From positions 506,752 to 570,751 of the forward strand of contig NW_003314283.1 in assembly GCF_000143415.4 (NCBI RefSeq): 64,000 nucleotides of DNA, in the 5' to 3' direction. Positions 41,801 through 53,659 of the stretch are shown piece by piece (the first letter of the stretch is position 1; each line of letters begins with the position of its first letter). A program made the translations under genes and the position numbers. Below the pieces are notes generated by a model. It searched no databases. It saw nothing but the letters and a program-made list of their open reading frames with translations, and was not told the DNA's origin. Source of the DNA: Selaginella moellendorffii. Its lineage: Eukaryota > Plantae > Lycopodiophyta.

Positions 41801-44492
41801 TTATAGATCGTTGTGAATATTCAGACACGAGGACTGAAAAGCGCACTAGTGGCGCGTTGAAGAAGGACAAACAGACAAGCAATAGGAAAAAAGGAGGTAC
41901 AAATTATATTTGCAATGGCGTGTGGTCTCATGCCATTCCTTGCAGAAGACACTTCTTCAAAGGCAAAACAGGCAAGCACCAGCCAAGCTCAAACTGACAG
42001 TGGTCATAAAAAGCGAAAGCACGTTGGACAGTCGTCGGGATCAGAGGCGTTTGATTCGAAAAGGAAGAAGGGCAACGAAAAGATGATAGGTAATGCCTCG
42101 CGGTTATGGCGTATGTGCTCATGCCATTCATTGCAGATCAAGGGCTGAGTGAAAGGAGCCAGTCACCACCTCCTGACTCAAATTCCTATGGCGGACTCCC
42201 CTTCCCCAATCTCAATGGAGAGGTACAATGGATGAGGGATGCTTTTCAAGTCAAGGCCATGTTTTTCTCATCTCGTCGTCTTCGAAGGGTGCAAGAACGT
42301 GCAGAAACCATGTTAAGACAGTCGGGTGAGGATACGGTCCTAGGTCAAGCACTAAAACAGGCTATGGATGTCTTGTATTTTGAGATGGAGACTCGGCCAG
42401 ATGATTTTCCCAAGATGGTCCTGGAAAAACAAGCCATCCAGCCTGAGCAGCCTATGGAAGAAATGCAGGAGGGGGATGAGGAGCCAGAGAAAGATAATGA
42501 GCAAGAAGAGCAGAAGGACGAAGAGGAGGACAAAGAAGAGGAGGACGAAGAAGAGGCGGACGAAGAAGACGAGGACGAAGAGGACGAGGACGAAGAGGAC
42601 TTGGATGGTCCTCACAATGGTGACGATCACAATAACGACGATGACGATGATGACGACGATGGCCAGCCTGAGGTGGCCAAAGAGCAGCGGAGGAAGGTCA
42701 TACAAGACAAACCATCAGGTAAATAATAGTACATCCATTCCTAACCTTTTACCATTTCTAACATTGTCCATGTAGGTCGCAGAAGAAATGGTAAGTAGAG
42801 ATTATTCAGTTGAATTAAGATACAAACTCTAGCCTTTAGTGTCGAGGAAGGATAGTGCCAAGCAAGGGTCGAAACGTATGTCCAATCCTTCAGAATCAGC
42901 AGTGCGCCCAAGTGATATCGGTCCTAGTTCCTCAATAGCAGTTGATGGTAAATACACTATAGTCGATTCAATGTGCTAATGAGTTTGTTTTTAGTAGCTA
43001 GTAGGGAGGATACCATCTCAATCGAAGGGAGATATTTGGACATGCATATGGATCCGCCAGTGGACTCTACTTGCCTGCAAGAGTCATCAGAGCTGGTGGA
43101 GGCTACTATCCATATCAACGCCAAGCAAGCTGACCACGCTCCACTTGATGCTGCCCATACCACTGAGTCAATCTTGTCCACGTATCCAACTGACGGTGAC
43201 CAGGCGCCATTGGACCCACATGAGGCCGCCCCAGCCGCCGAGCCGGTCGTATCCTCATTTCCAACGGACTCAACGTGTGCCCAATCGTCTGACTACGTGC
43301 CGTTGGAACCTCCCTACACCGCCCCTGCTGCCTGTTCGGTCATGTCCACTTTGCCAACGGAGGCACCAGCTGAAATGGCGTGTGATCACACGCCATCGGA
43401 ACCACCCCATGCCACTGTTGAACCAGTTGTACTAGAGTCTACAGCTGAAATGGCATGTGCCCACACGCCATCGGATGCGATTGACCCCACATTACAGAGG
43501 AGAGTATTTCCGCCCTTCACGTTTCCTCGACCAAAACCCTCTGAACGACCATCGGGAGCACCATTCGCTAATATTGTAGATGGTAAAATTGACTTGTACC
43601 ATTTTTTATGCTGACACATTTCATTTTAGAGTCACGGCGAAAGTACTGTATCGTTTTTGATCTGAACGGTGTCCTTTTCTCCCATGAGCGTGGCTCGTCC
43701 TCGAATGTCACTGCACCCTCCAAAGCCTGCGGTCGCAAGTTGGTCAAAAGAGACAGATTCACATTAATCACACGGGAGAAACTGCGGGATCTAATAATGA
43801 CCATGCGACACTTAAAACAGAGGGCCGGGTTCAATTTGCAATTGGGAGTTTGGACATCCATGATGCGCCACAATGCATTAACGTTGCTACAGATGATGCA
43901 CGATCAGACGCGAGTAATATTACCATTTGACTTTCTCCTAACGCAGGAGGATTGCTTGACTATGGTCCATGTGAGGGGTAGCAAGCCCATCTTCGTCAAG
44001 CCAGAGGCTGTAGTGATGAACCGGACTGCTAGGTCAAGTGAAATCCTCATCATCGATGACTCGCCGATTAAAACTGCAGCAAACACGCACACATATGCAG
44101 TGCACCCCATCTTTTGCAGTATGGAAACTAGGGAGAAGAAACCGTATGTTCTGGGGGACCTTGCAAAACGGCTTGAAGCGATGGTGATAGAGAACCGGCC
44201 AGTCCAGGAGGTGGCTGCAGAAATCAACCAAATGGCAGATGGAACGGTATATCAGAAGCCATTTGATCGGACAGACACCAGTCATCATTTATGGCATGTA
44301 TATTGTCTAGCCAAGCACTATCCGCATCTCCATAATCTGCTCAACCGGATGGGTTCTTCGACCACTGAACATGAGCGTGGACGTATTAGAGAAGATATGG
44401 CATTACTATTGGGTTTAAATCCTGATAGTGTGGAGAGTGATGAAATTCCAAGATTATTGTATAGGCGTTGGAGGCAAAACATAACAGTCTGA
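38860..44492 (+). CDS. Transposon accessory gene: ParB/Srx-like + degenerate DNA-MTase-like + acidic tract + FCP1/NIF-like HAD phosphatase; 11 predicted exons, one internal TAG (41160-41162)
   Basis: Exons 38860-38862, 39102-40280, 40335-41643, 41694-41768, 41825-41896, 41946-42089, 42137-42718, 42776-42790, 42840-42947, 42995-43582, 43630-44492 join in frame through GT-AG introns (4938 nt); motifs RLVSDEWVEKLKQKM...FYAVSGQH, VFDLNGVL, VWTS, FVKP, LIIDDSPIK. Confidence 0.7.
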
Positions 44493-45479
44493 GATGGCAT
44501 GTATTTATTTAAAAATGTAACTTATTATGGCATGGGGTTCCATGCCATTGTATTAATATTAAAAGACAATTCTTTGAGAGGATTTGCATTATACTAGAAG
44601 TGTTACAGCATGTTATTGGAAGTCTACGAAGTTGTTTTATTAATAAGGGGAAAGTAAAGATTGAATGGGGACTTAGGCTCCACCTAGACTCGGAGCAACT
44701 GAGCCAATATTAAAAGGATGGAAAGAAATTGGACGACGATGACAAGGAGAAGAGAGAGGTGAAGCAGTGGCAGGGGGAGGAGAAGTGATTGAGTAGACAT
44801 TTCCTTGTTTAAAATAAAATGGCATGTGCCTCAATGCAGTTGAATTTTGTTATATTTATATACTATATAAAGGTTTGGAAACCTTATTTTACAAGTGGGA
44901 TAATGACAATTCCCACTTTAACGAAATAGAGCTTAATAGCCTTCCCCAACATCCCCTTTCCAGTTCCCACCAAGTCCCTTTCTGCCCATAGCTGTGTTTG
45001 CCAACACTACCATTGGATCAAGGCCCATAGGCCCGACCACTAAGTCCTATGGTCCTCTGGGACTTCCCCCTTGGTCTCTACACTATAAGATGGCTCCTCT
45101 TCCTTTTCACAGTCTGGGACCTTGGGGCAATATTTCGGAACACTGTAGCCTTACGCAAGCCTCGTAGTACTCTCCCCGCCTTCTGCCTTTGGGTGCTCTA
45201 GTTATGGGCTTAGAGCAAAGTTCCATTGAGCCACACTAAGTATCCAAGTAGGTAGTGCCACCCACACTTGGACTGGGAGCATTGGCCAGTCAATCTCCCG
45301 GGGGAACTAAAGCCGGCTCTTGAACACTTTATTAAGCTACCCCGTTTGTCGGTCCGTGTTCACTCTAGTCTTGAACTTCCCAGTGGGCAGCTCATCACCC
45401 AACACTGGGTGTAACCTTCCTTGGCCAAACTGGCTCCATTGCAGTCCTCCCCCTACTATACTTTTGGAGCTCACCAAAC

Positions 45480-46637
45480 TGTAAGGAACCAACTCGCCGA
45501 GGTGTCGTAGGCTAAGGGAACCCCGAAAGCATGACCAAAATGACAAAGAGTTCATCGGATGGGACCAAGTTGAGGATCGAGTCCAAGACCGACTCTAGGA
45601 CCGAGTTCGAGATAGAGTCCGGAATTGAGTCCGAGACCGACTCGGGGACCGAGTTCGAGTCCGAGTTTGAGACCGAGTTTGAGATGGAGTCCGAGATCCG
45701 AAATCGGGTCCGAGACCGAGTCCGAGGTCGAGTCCGAGGTCGGGTCCGAGATCGGGTCTGAGATCGAGTCCAAAATCGAGTCCGAGACCGAATCCGAAGT
45801 CGGATCTGAAATCGGGTCCGAGATCAAGCCAGAGACTAAGTCCAAATACTAATACGGGTCAAGGGGTGAAAGCCCAAAGCGTGTGTCTCCCAGGGGGGGG
45901 GGGGCTGCAGGGGGTTCCAAAAGTATAGTAGGGATAGGGAGGTCTAGGAACCAGTTTAAAAGGGACTCTCCAGTGGGGCTCCCAAACCGACTTGAGGTTG
46001 GGACTGGGACCGAGGGGCCTTGGGTGGGAGTGAGCATGGACTTGGTTGGTGCCGGAGGGGCCATCCAAGGAAGTGCTCAAGAGCAGCTCCCACTCTCGAA
46101 AGGGAAACCGATTGCGGTGCTCCCGGCTCATGTGGAGTGGTGCCCCACTTGAGTACCATGCGGCTCATTGGTCCTCGCCCTTCCTAGGGGCTTGGGCCTT
46201 CCTTTGGGATGGAAGTGCGGGGGTAGAGGTACCCATACCGGGCCACTAGGCCACGGTGTTTCGCCCCGGCGTCCCGAAGCAAGTGTTGCACTCAAGACTT
46301 GGGATTTAGAGGGTCCCATGATCAAGTCTTGTGGTACCAAGGGATGTTAGGAACCTGGAAGCATGGTGTGCTTGGCTGCTTGTGCTTGCGGGGAGTGTAG
46401 CCGAACCTTAAGTCCAGTCTAACCCGGGGAGGGGGATTGGGAGAGATTGGGAATCCGTGGATGGATGGCTAACGCTCTGTTGCTCGTGCAGTGAGTAGCT
46501 GAAAGCAAATAGGACCAAGTAGGAGTTGGTACCATAAGTGAGAACCTTGGCGAGGGAACTTAGCAAAAGCCAAGGCAGTGTCGGACGGATAGACGAGGTA
46601 AGCTAGCAAATTGGAAAGGAAAAATTTGTGGCTTACA
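45480..46637. mobile_element. Solo LTR (1158 bp) with a GAGTCCGAGA minisatellite
   Basis: TGTAAG...CTTACA ends, perfect TSD CAAAC (45475-45479 and 46638-46642). Confidence 0.88.
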
Positions 46638-46664
46638 CAAACCCCCCAGGGTTTGGGAGATGAA

Positions 46665-47130
46665 CTAGACTCAGACTTGGACTTGGACTCGGACTCGGAC
46701 TCGAATTCGGACTCGGATTCAGATTCGGACTCGAACTCGGGCTCGGTCTTGGTCTCGGGCTCAGTCTCGGTCCCAATCTCGGTCTCGGTCTCGGTCCTAG
46801 TCTCAGTCTCAACCTTGGACTCCATCTCAGGTCCTTCTTAGACTCCATCTCGGATTCCATCTCGGGTCCATCTCGGACTCCAGTTCGGACTCTATTTCAA
46901 ACTCCATCTCGGGTCCATCTCAGGTCCATCTCGGACTCCATCTCGGACTCCATCTCAGACTCTATCTCGAACTCCATCTTGGGTCCATCTCGGACTCTAT
47001 CTCAGACTCTATCTCGAACTCCATCTTGGGTCCATCTCGGACTCCATCTCGGACTCCATCCGGACTCCGTCTCAGTCCATCTCGGACTCCATCTCGGGTC
47101 CATCTTGGACTCCATCTTGGACTCCATCTC
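46665..47130 (-). repeat. Minisatellite (TCGGAC hexamers then TCGGACTCCATC 12-mers), inverted relative to the arrays at 30820 and 45570
   Basis: Directly visible tandem arrays. Confidence 0.85.
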
Positions 47131-50100
47131 CTCTTGTGTCCCTTTTCTAGAGACTCACTCATTGCTTGCTTTGTGCTTGTTTCTTGAACACTTCATTAGG
47201 AATTCCACTCCCGCTCTCAACCTTTCAAGTTGGAGCTTTTAGTCCAAACGTGTTACGTTCATTTGGTTTTTGCTTTGGCCACTACCATGTGGCACCCTTT
47301 CGACTCCACTTTGGGGCCTAGGGATTTGGTGTCTCACACGAGAGGCTTTAAGTGGGAGTGAGCCTTGGCTGTTTGTGCCTACGGGGAGTGTAGCCGAACC
47401 TGCACCTTAGCATTGTCTTTAACCACTTGGTTGACTCACTTAATTTGTCTATTGTCTAAGGATGATCTCCACTATTTAGCTCGATGCCAATTTTCATGAA
47501 CTTCACAAAGCTTCTCCAAAATTCATTCATGAAAATATTGAGTTTTTATTGCTCACAATTTTCACTAGCAAACCAAATTGAGGAAAGACACACTCAACAA
47601 CCAAGTGTAAACTCATGAATTTGGACTTCCCAGGAGGCACCCAGTTCAGTATTATTCAAACCAACCCCAAATATCCTAAGACTCTTAATTGATTAGAAAA
47701 CAGGGTGCACTTTTATTCATGGGCCCTTTCTTTTTATATATTTATATATTTTTATATTCACGGACCATTTCTCGAGTTGTTCCCTTTGATTCCTTACAAT
47801 TCAAATTGTAAGCCAAAAATTTTTCATTTCCAATTTGCCAACTTACTTGTTTGTGGATGATAGGCTATGTTGAATTTCAACTTGGTGCGATATTGTTCCA
47901 GGAGAGTTCTCCAGAACCTATTCCGAACATTCATACCATTGATGGGTAGCTTGCTTAAGGCCATAAAGAGCTTTCTGAAGCTTGCAGACGAGTTTGGAGC
48001 ACCGTGATCCAAAAAGCTCAAAGCCTAGGGGTTGCTGCATAAATATCTCCTCCTTCAAGTTCCCATTAAGGAAGGCTGTTTTTACGTCCATGTGATCTGC
48101 GCATAAACCAAACTCCGCTAAAAAAGGCAGAAGCGTTTTGATACTTGTCTGCTTCACAATTGGTGAGAACATCTCATCAAAATCTACTCCAGGAACTTGT
48201 GAATGTCCTTGAGCAACAAGTCTTGCTTTGTAACCTGTACCGATCCATCAGGATTTCTGTGAAGCTTGAATGCCCAGCGTGATCCAAAAACTTCATGTCC
48301 ATTAGGAGCTTCCACCAAGTCATAAGTCTGGTTCTCATCAAGAGAATTCAACTCATCTTGCATTACTGAAATCCACTTATCTACATCAAGAGCTTGAATC
48401 ACCTACTCAAAGTTGACTGGTTCAGAAGCTATTTCTATTGCTGCAAAAGACCATTGCTTGGGATGAGGTGCTTTACTTGATCATCCAGATGATGTCCACC
48501 TATAGTTCTCCACATTGAATGGTAGATCATTGTAGGTTCTCCCTGTCATCATGGTAGATCACGTAGGTTCTCCCTGTTGACTTCTCCAGTTCGTGCATGA
48601 TGAGCAGCATTGCCCTGTTCTTCAGGAAGAAAAGATCCAGAGATTGGTGTTGGATGGTCGTCTGGTAAAGGAGATGAGGGATAGATGATTGTCAGATCAT
48701 TGTCATCTTCAACATCGTCTTCAACACCATCCCAACTCCATTCTTCCAGAGTCCAATTCATGTTTTGATCTGAGCTTCTTTCTTCTTGAACACGATCTTT
48801 GTAAAGTGTTCCTTCATCAAAACAAACGTCAGTGCTTAAAAAAATTTGATGATTATCAGGCTGGTATAGGCGATATCCTTTTGAATTGGAATCGTATCCA
48901 ACAAGAAAGGCCAGCTTGCTTCTTCTCTCCAACTTGCCGAGATGCTCATCCACCCTTTTTGCAAAGCTTAAACAACCAAAACACCTAAGATGCACCACTG
49001 ATTGTCTTTGACCAGTCCAAAGCTCTTCTGGGATCTTGTTGGGATTGCGAGAATAAGGGAGAAGGTTTTGAACGTGCACAACTGATCCGACTGCTTCAGC
49101 CCAGAGGAATTTTGGTAGTCCTGATTCTTGAAGGAAGCACCGAACTGCATTTATGATTGTCCTATTCTTGCACTCAGAGACTCCATTCTATTGAGGGGTA
49201 TGAGAACAAGAGCACTGATGAAGAATTCCTTGTTTAGCATAGAACTGCTGAAAGGACTTGTTGACGTATTCCCCTCCTAAATCAGTACGTAGACAACCAA
49301 CCCTCTGACCAGTTTTCACTTCTGCTTCTGCTACGAATTGCTTGAATTTGCTAAAGACTTCATCTTTGTGACGAAGAAAGAAGACATCCGTGTGCCTGGA
49401 TAAATCATCTGTAAACGTCACAAAATACTTCGTGCCATTTTGAGCAAACAGTCGCATGGGTCCACAAACATCTGAGTGAATGAGCTACAAGGGACAAGTG
49501 CTTCTGATCACAGCAGGTTTGAAAGTACGACAGGTTTGCTTGCCAGGAATGCAAGTGTGACATTTTGCTGAACTTTGAAGAACGTGGTCGTTGAAGCCAT
49601 CCACAAGCTCCTGCTTCTGCATACGCCTGATGAGAGGGGGATTGGAATGTGCAAGTCGAGAATGCTAGAGAGAACTATCTGCAGTCATGCATATCTCAGA
49701 AGCGTTCGATTTTTCTCCAGAAGCTATCTCCTTCTCAAACAGGTTACCACATCTGGGAAAATGCAGTAATGGTCAACCATTTGCAAGAACTTGACATTGA
49801 TGTTTGGAGAAATTCACATCCAGACCTTCATCCATAAGCTTGGCTACAAAAACCAGATTCTTCACTATCTTTGGAACATACCACGCATTCTTCAAGAACA
49901 GAGACTTTCTTCCCAATGGAACTCGCACATCCCCAATTGTGCGAACAGGTAAAATGCTTCCATCTCCCACACGAATGCACTTCCCTTTTGCAGCACACAA
50001 CTGCACAAAGTTTGACCCGCTTTGCATTAGGTGTCTCTCTGAACTTGAATCAATGGTCAGTTTTTCAGAAACGTTAGGAACTGCTACCTCAGATGATGCC

Positions 50101-53100
50101 GCAAGTTCCTGTGTTTCCCCTTCTTGAGCATTTGCTGCGAGCCCTATGTTCATGCGCTGCAGCCAAGCTGCAACTAGGCAATCCTTGGAGTAGTGTCCTA
50201 GCATCCCACAGGTCCAGCATTCCTGTTTGTTCTTACCCACAAAACAATCCTGAATTGCTACTTCTTTACCAGAATTCCCTAAATTCTGCTGCTGCTGCAG
50301 ATTTCCCCTAAACCCATGACCTTTGTCTCGTCCTCCTCTTCCACAACCTCCTCTGCCTCGATGATTTCCAGCCCACAGAGCTGAATCAGTCCCTGACTGA
50401 TTAATTGATGCAAAAACATTTGATGTAGACTGTGAGATCAAAACATGTGAAGGCCTCTGATCAAAGTCCACAATCAAACCTCTCGCAGCCAGCTCCAAGC
50501 GTAAAGTTTACTCAGCTTGTTCAAAGTTCAGCGACATCATGTGAATGGTAGGGACGAAAGAACTAAAAGAAGAATCTTGCATGGCCTCGCAAAGTGCCAG
50601 AACTTTCTTGCTTTCATTGAATGCTGCTGGATTGCCTTCAAGCTCCATCCACAGATCTTGCATCTTGGCAAGGAACTCTTCAAAGTTCTCGCCTGGATGA
50701 AAATGGGTCTCACGAATGCAAGTCTCGACCATGCTGATCTTGGAGAGGGAAAGAACAGCATACTTGTTGTGGAGATGAGCCTAGATCTCACAAGCACTCT
50801 TATGACACAAACGCATCATAAGGGCATCTGCAAGCTTAGAAAGAATCAATCCTTTTGCTCGAGATTCCTTCTTCTCCAATGCAGCTTGTTCCCTTGGATC
50901 AAGCTGTTGTCAAGCTGCTGCAACAAAGGCACGAATTGCCTTTTCATCCACGACTTCTCCTTCCACTAAAGTTGAAGCTCCCAATGCAGCAGGGGCTTGC
51001 CACGTACGAGCATCTACAGCGATTGTCAGTGGTGAAAAGATTTCCTAGAGTTCTTCCATCTACAGCATGCGCGTCATTTTCTCAGACTAGATGTTGAACC
51101 CTCTCCTCCCATCAAAGGCAATGACTCCCTGAAGCAAGATCAATCCAACTTTGCTGTAGCTCATGATGTGAGGCATAAAGAAAGGAGAAGAAAGAGTTCA
51201 GAAATTGAGCTCCAATACCATGAAAGAAAAGCGGAGCAAGAACAATGGATTTCACTTCAACACACATCTTGATTCATATATGGCTGTATATATATACAAC
51301 TTCAATCAAATTAGAAATCACCAAAGATCTGATCACGATTCGGACTACTTTTGATATAAATCCTCTTGTTTGTCGTGTTCATCATTATTTTTACACCATC
51401 AATACTTACTAGTACTTAAAAGCAAGATCTAACTTGGTGAACTAATGACTTCTCCCCATACAATCCAAGAGATCAGTAATATGAGGAAAAGAGTACACAT
51501 TTGGAATTGTCACTTCATTTAATGGATAATAGTTGATGCAGAAATGAATACTCCTATTAGGCTTCATTACAAGATGAGGTTCACATGCCCAATGACTCTA
51601 CAACTTTCGAATAACACCCTTCTTCAACATCTCCTTAATGTTTGTATATAAACTCTTGATCTTTTTGAATAACTGATGATGAACAGGAAACCTTGATTGA
51701 ACAAGCATCCCTAGTTGGAATTGGATGATGTCTAGCAATCTTGGCCCAAGACGATAGATCAATTTCAAAGAGATTGGCATACTCTTTCATGAGCTAGTCA
51801 ACCACTACAACACAAAGACTATTGAAGGGATTAGAAAAGATAAGAGCGGAATAAGACTGAAACATATAAAGAAGTAATGGGGAGAAAAAAATAATGGAAA
51901 CAAAAGTAGAAATAGAGGGATAAAGAGGTATAAAATTGAGAGGAATGAATAAAATATAAAAAAGTATGAAATAAGGGTGAAAAGCCTTAAAGTCATATTT
52001 GGCATAATTGTGTTACAGCCAATCTATACCAAGGATGAGGTCAAAAACTTGACTCGGCACTATTTGTAATGACTACAACCCAAACTCGAAATCACTTACA
52101 TGCACAACTAGGTCCATCTCATCTCGTGCACATGCATGTGTACAGCTATTGCCATAAAAAATGAAAATTGGCTCTACAATACATTATAAATATAGACAAC
52201 AATATGTGGTAACAGGTTGATCAATAAAAAATAAACTTAAACCTATATCAACCAATATAGAGAGAATAATAAAAGACTTATTATAAAAACAAGTTTCGAA
52301 AGTAAATACTGAATGAACTAATGTTGAATGAACCCTTTGTTGATACTCCCGAAAGAAAGATAAAGGAGTCACTGACTTATTCACATAAGGTTCCTCCGTT
52401 ACTCGTGTGATTTTTCGTTTCCCAGATACATCTTGGTGTCTAGACCTTCCACTATAGCAGCACCAATAAGACATTGTTGACACCAAAGTCTCCACCCAGG
52501 AAATAAAGGCCACCAATCCGAAACACATCGATAATGCCAATAAGTGTGACTAACTTCATTACATACCTTCCAACGGCTACTAAAATCCCACTATACTAAT
52601 ATTAGTATATGGCATTATAACTGTACACTTGGACTTCACACCTTGAATATAAATAAAACTTTAAAAATTCTTTTATAAAATATAAAAAGTGGCTGCCATT
52701 TTGCAAATCTGTTTGTAATATACACTTAATAAATAAAAGTAAAAGAATTCAACTTTAATGACAAGGTTAAAAAATAAAGTTTTTCAATAATTTTCTACTA
52801 CAATTCAGTCTTTATAAAACTTTAATAAAATGTTATTAGTATGGAAATAATAATAATAACCATTGTGATAAAACCAACTTATATTAAAAACTATCACTAT
52901 TCACTATAAATCTAATATCTCTCTCTACACTTTATATAAATAAAAATGTTTTAAAGGAGATATATGGTTTAAAGATTTAAATATTTATTATATACTACAT
53001 TAGGTAAATTTGTTAGAACTTTAAATAAAATAATTTTGGTTTGTAGAAAGTAATCTAAATCTGCACTATGTGTTTTTTGGCTTTTAAATAATAAATCTGT

Positions 53101-53659
53101 CAAAATTTAAAAGCTATTAAATTTAAAATAGAAAAGTTTTATAAAGTTGTTTAAAGGGAAAAAGTAATTGTTACTGTAAAAATATTGCATATAAGAGAGA
53201 GATATGGTTCTTCTCTAGAATACAGTTTTAAAAGGATTCGCATATCATAATATTTAAAATTTTAAAAATTTCATTTAAGTTTTATTCTTAAGGTAATAAT
53301 TTAAGGGCTAAGAGTTGCAATAAGTATTATATTGCATAGTAAAATCAAACTACCTAGAAACACTTTTAGTTTTGAACTTGATAAGATATTGTCTCCTTCG
53401 AAAGATTTTAGAAGGACACACACCCTGAGCACAAACCCTTCTTTATTTAGGGTGGGCCCCATTTGCTTATTGGATTTGCATTGCTTTTACAACACAAGCA
53501 TTGTACAATATATAAGCGTTGGAAAAGTGTTGGAAAGGCTATACTTTCGTACATAAACTCCACACCATAAGTTGATCAACCTTGTGATATATCATGATAT
53601 CATCTCATAAAATCATTATATTAACCATATAGCCCTTTCTGAGACAACAATTCAAACTA

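Larger units (their letters stand above)
31499..44841. repeat. Dispersed 22-bp palindrome ATGGCRTG-N6-CAYGCCAT, about 28 copies including degenerate ones
   Basis: Examples at 31904, 32662, 32808, 34150, 34208, 36053, 36221, 37736, 37974, 38888, 38965, 39025, 40302, 41915, 42106, 43374, 43450, 44528. Confidence 0.9.
31274..44933. mobile_element. 13.66-kb TIR DNA transposon with a Sola-like DDD transposase and a large accessory gene
   Basis: Perfect 23-bp TIRs AGCTCTATTTCGTTAAAGTGGGA (31274-31296, 44911-44933); TAA on both flanks (31271-31273, 44934-44936); intact transposase ORF inside. Confidence 0.92.
29322..51395 (-). mobile_element. Degenerate Ty1/copia retrotransposon, split by ~17 kb of nested insertions
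   Basis: LTRs 29322-29493 and 51221-51395; TSD CCATC on both sides; Met-i-like PBS (TGGTATTGGAGC on minus); PPT at ~29495; RH/RT 29507-30563 (RTKHIDVQHHFIRE, MKDLG, YCDVDW); RT/INT/zinc knuckle/gag 47930-51160 (MDVKTAFLNG, LYGLKQA, LRTDLGGEY, CWTCGMLGHYSKDC). Confidence 0.93.
25472..52640 (-). mobile_element. Inverted, degenerate second copy of the same gypsy family; host of the nested insertions
   Basis: Reverse-complement matches to copy 1: LTR remnant ~25472-25620; INT/RH/RT pieces 25621-26423, 26847-27785, 28915-29321; RT/PR/gag end 51396-52565; LTR start 52571-52640. Most of gag and the PBS are deleted. Confidence 0.92.

Noticed and set aside
31499-44841. Palindromes as a CRISPR array or REP/integron-like repeats
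   Set aside because: Spacing is irregular (tens to thousands of bp), there are no cas or integrase genes, and the context is eukaryotic and intron-containing
31274-44933. Assignment to PIF/Harbinger on the basis of the TAA TSD
   Set aside because: The transposase lacks recognisable Harbinger DDE motifs, no Myb/SANT ORF is evident, and the motifs are Sola-like (DN..ENKN, GHTHEDVD)
45531-47242. Ser/Glu/Asp/Pro-rich ORFs here and at 30850-31124
   Set aside because: They are translations of 6/12-bp minisatellites, open in several frames on both strands
52645-53340. Very AT-rich tract as a distinct element
   Set aside because: No termini, TSD or coding remnants could be recognised
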